Positions 37,801 through 39,564 of a DNA stretch of 39,564 nt are shown here, piece by piece. The stretch's first letter is position 1, and each line of letters starts with the position of its first letter. A program made the position numbers and the translations under genes. The notes beneath the pieces were generated by a model. The model had not been told where the DNA came from. It saw nothing but the letters and a program-made list of their open reading frames with translations, and made no database searches. The DNA comes from Planctomycetota bacterium (GTDB lineage: Bacteria; Planctomycetota; Planctomycetia; JALXBF01). The stretch is taken from the NCBI GenBank assembly GCA_026991575.1, contig JALXBF010000162.1, positions 1 to 39,564 on the forward strand. Reading direction: 5' to 3'.

Positions 37801-39054
37801 GAAGCGTATTTCCCGACCGCCGACGCGCACCGTTCCACCCGAGTACCCGACCGTCGCCCAGATCCAGTTGTCCAGTCCCAGATGAAGGTTAGCGTGAACC
37901 GCGTGCGTGTCCGCACGCCCGAAGCCGGTGAAGAGGATCGTCCGTTCGTCCGCGCGGTCGTCGCCATCGGTATCGCGAAGAACCAGAATGTGCGGGGCGC
38001 ACGCAACGATGAGCGCATCACCGGTGTGCACAAGTCCGGTAGGAATGTTGAGCTTATCGGCAAAGACGGTGAACCGATCCGCTTTGCCGTCCCCGTCGGC
38101 GTCCTCGCAAATGACGATGCGGTCGCTGCCGTTGCGTTCGGGGTGATCGAGAACGCGGTTTGGGTAGTCGGTGCTTTCGATGATCCACAGCCGGCCGCGT
38201 GGCCCGAAGGTCATCGCCAGTGGCTTCTTGATCTGGGGCTCCGATGCAAAGAGCTCGACCCGAAACCGATCCATCGTCGTGTACCGCCTGGCCGAGGCGA
38301 CCGGGGCAAGCGGCTCCTGCATTCGGGTCTGACGCGTCACCTTCCGCCCGGGACCGTACACCGGCACACGGTCCACCTGGCGGTAGCGGAACGGCTTCGG
38401 ATCGTCCAGCCTGCGCGCTGCCCACTGCACCGCGCGGCGCAGGACCGATCGGACGGGTTCGTGCTTCCACGCGGCCGGTGGCAGCAGCAGCACGACGAGC
38501 CGACCGCGGCCCTGGGGCCGGACCCACACGTAGGGCTGGATCGCCCCGTCTTGGTCAGCACCGAGCAGAGGACGGCAGTCGCTGGGCAGCTCACCACTAT
38601 TGATGGCCGGTAGCTCCAGCTCCATTGCCGTCGACTCTGCGGTGATCGGATGCCGGTTGTCGAGCACGAGCAAGTGCAAGCGGCAGGCATCGTGAACGGT
38701 CGGCACAACGCCGAGCAGTTCACCGAGGGCCGCAGGAACCTCGGATGGGATGCCGAGGATGACCAGGCCCCGGCCGTTGGCGAGTCCCTGGCGGGCACGG
38801 GCCAGTATGGACAGATCCGAGTCCTGTGACAGGCCGGTCACGTTCAGGAGGAGAACGTCAGGTTGCTCGCTGGTGACAACCACCTCGTCGCCATGCTCGC
38901 CGTTCAGGCTAGCCACGACGGCAGGGCGTGTCTGCGGATCACCAAGGTACATCACCTTGATTGTCTGGCCCTCTTGCATCGCACTCAGGGCCCAGGGCAT
39001 GCTCGCGAAGGCGGTAGCCACCATGAGCACGGCTGGCCCAAGTCGGCAAGACAT
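34849..39054 (-). CDS. PVC-type heme-binding CxxCH protein (putative membrane-bound dehydrogenase) with ThuA-like N-terminus, HEAT repeats and C-terminal beta domain
   Basis: AAGGAGGTGA RBS before ATG 39054. FRVELFASEP...DADGDGKAD propeller, WYNFIVQHNPTP, HEAT-like repeats, RGQQVFEKNCAKCH...VGPDLS, SLMPEG. Confidence 0.9.
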   Translation of the reverse strand: MSCRLGPAVLMVATAFASMPWALSAMQEGQTIKVMYLGDPQTRPAVVASLNGEHGDEVVVTSEQPDVLLLNVTGLSQDSDLSILARARQGLANGRGLVILGIPSEVPAALGELLGVVPTVHDACRLHLLVLDNRHPITAESTAMELELPAINSGELPSDCRPLLGADQDGAIQPYVWVRPQGRGRLVVLLLPPAAWKHEPVRSVLRRAVQWAARRLDDPKPFRYRQVDRVPVYGPGRKVTRQTRMQEPLAPVASARRYTTMDRFRVELFASEPQIKKPLAMTFGPRGRLWIIESTDYPNRVLDHPERNGSDRIVICEDADGDGKADRFTVFADKLNIPTGLVHTGDALIVACAPHILVLRDTDGDDRADERTILFTGFGRADTHAVHANLHLGLDNWIWATVGYSGGTVRVGGREIRFRQGVFRFRPDGSEFEFVAPTTNNTWGLGISPEGDVFVSTANNQHAFYLAIPNRYFEQVRGWYELGIAPIDEHKKYHPIGPYRQVDYFGAFTAASGYNFYGDELFPEPVRRGAFVCEPTGHLIHLCLPQRHGSHFLARNGYNLLASDDEWAAPIAAAAGPDGAIWFLDWYNFIVQHNPTPPGFETGKGNAYVTPLRDKTHGRIYRIVSPLGTRWPLPAFDRMQPARLVEQLHHPSQWWRMRAQWELVTRRALDQIPVLVRIVQDHADSLAALHAIWTLEGLGVVERPEVVEALRHAMRARNAAVRRAAVQVFPRTAELPRVVLESELLADPDGRVRLAALLALSEAPPSRPVAALLVDQFADPQLGQDRWLPLAATIAAANHGALFLTEALASSKDSRPLLEACQVVAEHVARAGIDTALAVALIQRIGAAPADVATAVTKGLLAGWPEGQKISPNEVQRRQLAHVLRKLRGPAQANLILLYRRAGLQELAESLVAELRKRLLAQLASPELSPDQRLATIDRLLLLDPDEETVRAVVAQIRVSEPPAFNERVLQRLSELSADAVATELLSRWATLTPTLRRAVVALCLRRPSWSRALLDALAEGQISVRDLTLDQRQALMQHPDQAIAERAAKLLKSSAASSSRSDVLNRLLPLAERDGDPARGQQVFEKNCAKCHRFGEIGNAVGPDLSGLAARSKHEILADILDPNRSVEGNFTQYLVLTTDGRVLTGLLAAESRAAVELIDNEGQRHVVLREEIEAIRNSGKSLMPEGFEEQLSEQELVDLLSFLTARRRFVPLSLRAVATITSVRGMFYSRDAQRERLVFRDWGPKRYRGIPFHLVDPRSGTVPNVVLLHSPIGAVSRTMPRSVALPCNLPARAIHLLSGVAGWGYPASPAGSVSMVVRLHYADGQVEEHKLINGVHMADYIRVVDVPGSELAFKFEGGQQIRYLKLEPKRTAIIRAIEFAKGNDNTAPIVMAVTIELSQ

Positions 39055-39307
39055 CGACAGAATCACCTCCTTTCGGGGAAGCGTTCAGGTAGAGCCTGGC
39101 CTGAGTTGCTCACCGTTCGTCCTAAATCATAGTGAGTCGTTCATTGGCCTCCGTTCGGGTAGCTGCATTCGGCGGGCCATTCGAGCGCCCCGCGCTGTCT
39201 ATGCAGGCCAGGAAGGACTCGATTGAGCGGAACGAGTGTGATCGAAGTCGTTTGTTGGTTTGTGCCGTTCGATCGGACCGGCTTGCGTTGTTCAACCGCT
39301 GCTCTGA

Positions 39308-39420
39308 CGCGAACGCCTCCGCGCGGGTTTCGCTTCGCCTCCGTTTGGGCGATGGTCTCGCCCGCGTTGACGGGTTGGTTTCGGCGGCGTTGGGAGCTGG
39401 TTTCGCCTGCGTCGGAGGAC
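39308..39420. repeat. degenerate 22-23-bp tandem repeats (3 clear + 2 weak copies)
   Basis: TGGTCTCGCCCGCGTTG (39353), TGGTTTCGGCGGCGTTG (39376), TGGTTTCGCCTGCGTCG (39398). Weaker copies at 39330 and 39308 share CGCCTCCG. Confidence 0.6.
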
Positions 39421-39448
39421 CGTTCAACTCGCCAGCTACCGTGAACTC

Positions 39449-39479
39449 GCGGGAGGGGGGCTTTACGTCCCCCTCCCGC
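39449..39479. repeat. GC-rich inverted repeat / hairpin
   Basis: GCGGGAGGGGG (39449-39459) / CCCCCTCCCGC (39469-39479), a perfect 11-bp stem. Confidence 0.8.
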
Positions 39480-39564
39480 TGTGTTGATGGGTAGCGCGGG
39501 CAATACCAGTTTTGTTTTTTTCTCCCTCCCATTTGAAGAATCCCCCGACGCCGCCGACCTCGTC

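Noticed and set aside
39394..39425. group II intron domain V, or TnpB/IscB omega-RNA end
   Set aside because: GAGC...GTTC ends are present, but the stem, GNRA loop and AC bulge of domain V are missing. The hairpin context matches IS200/605 ends only superficially, and no RT or TnpB ORF is visible.
1..39564. CRISPR array or cas genes accompanying the CARF nuclease
   Set aside because: I saw no identical 25-40-bp repeats with unique spacers in any intergenic region and no Cas-like ORF. The right-edge repeats are degenerate and have no spacers.
39122..39564. minus-strand ORFs open at the right edge
   Set aside because: All frames give low-complexity translations without motifs. A short C-terminal gene fragment ending at TAA 39465-39463 is possible but cannot be supported.

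Overview
GC-rich bacterial chromosomal segment that reads as Planctomycetota. The inference rests on a DUF1501 + DUF1549/DUF1553 pair, a giant PVC-type CxxCH protein, membrane-anchored vWA paralogues and a Hanks-type kinase. About 24 CDS and one tRNA-Pro(GGG) are supported; kdsA and zwf are the only genes I name with confidence. The left edge is the 3' part of an IS630-family transposase. Next come an uncharacterised membrane protein and the main finding: a stand-alone CARF + PD-(D/E)xK nuclease (Card1/Can2-like) with an extra ~140-aa C-terminal domain and no cas10, cyclase or CRISPR array in the window. Other leads: (1) a candidate sigma54-driven ~175-nt small RNA with its own intrinsic terminator and upstream palindromes; (2) an Lsm-like protein directly downstream of a Ser/Thr kinase; (3) an orphan ParB-like gene behind a sigma54 motif; (4) tandem vWA proteins with TonB-like SxxxH anchors; (5) a degenerate 22-23-bp tandem repeat array with a hairpin and T-tract at the right edge. 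All family calls come from motifs recognised by eye; no searches were run.
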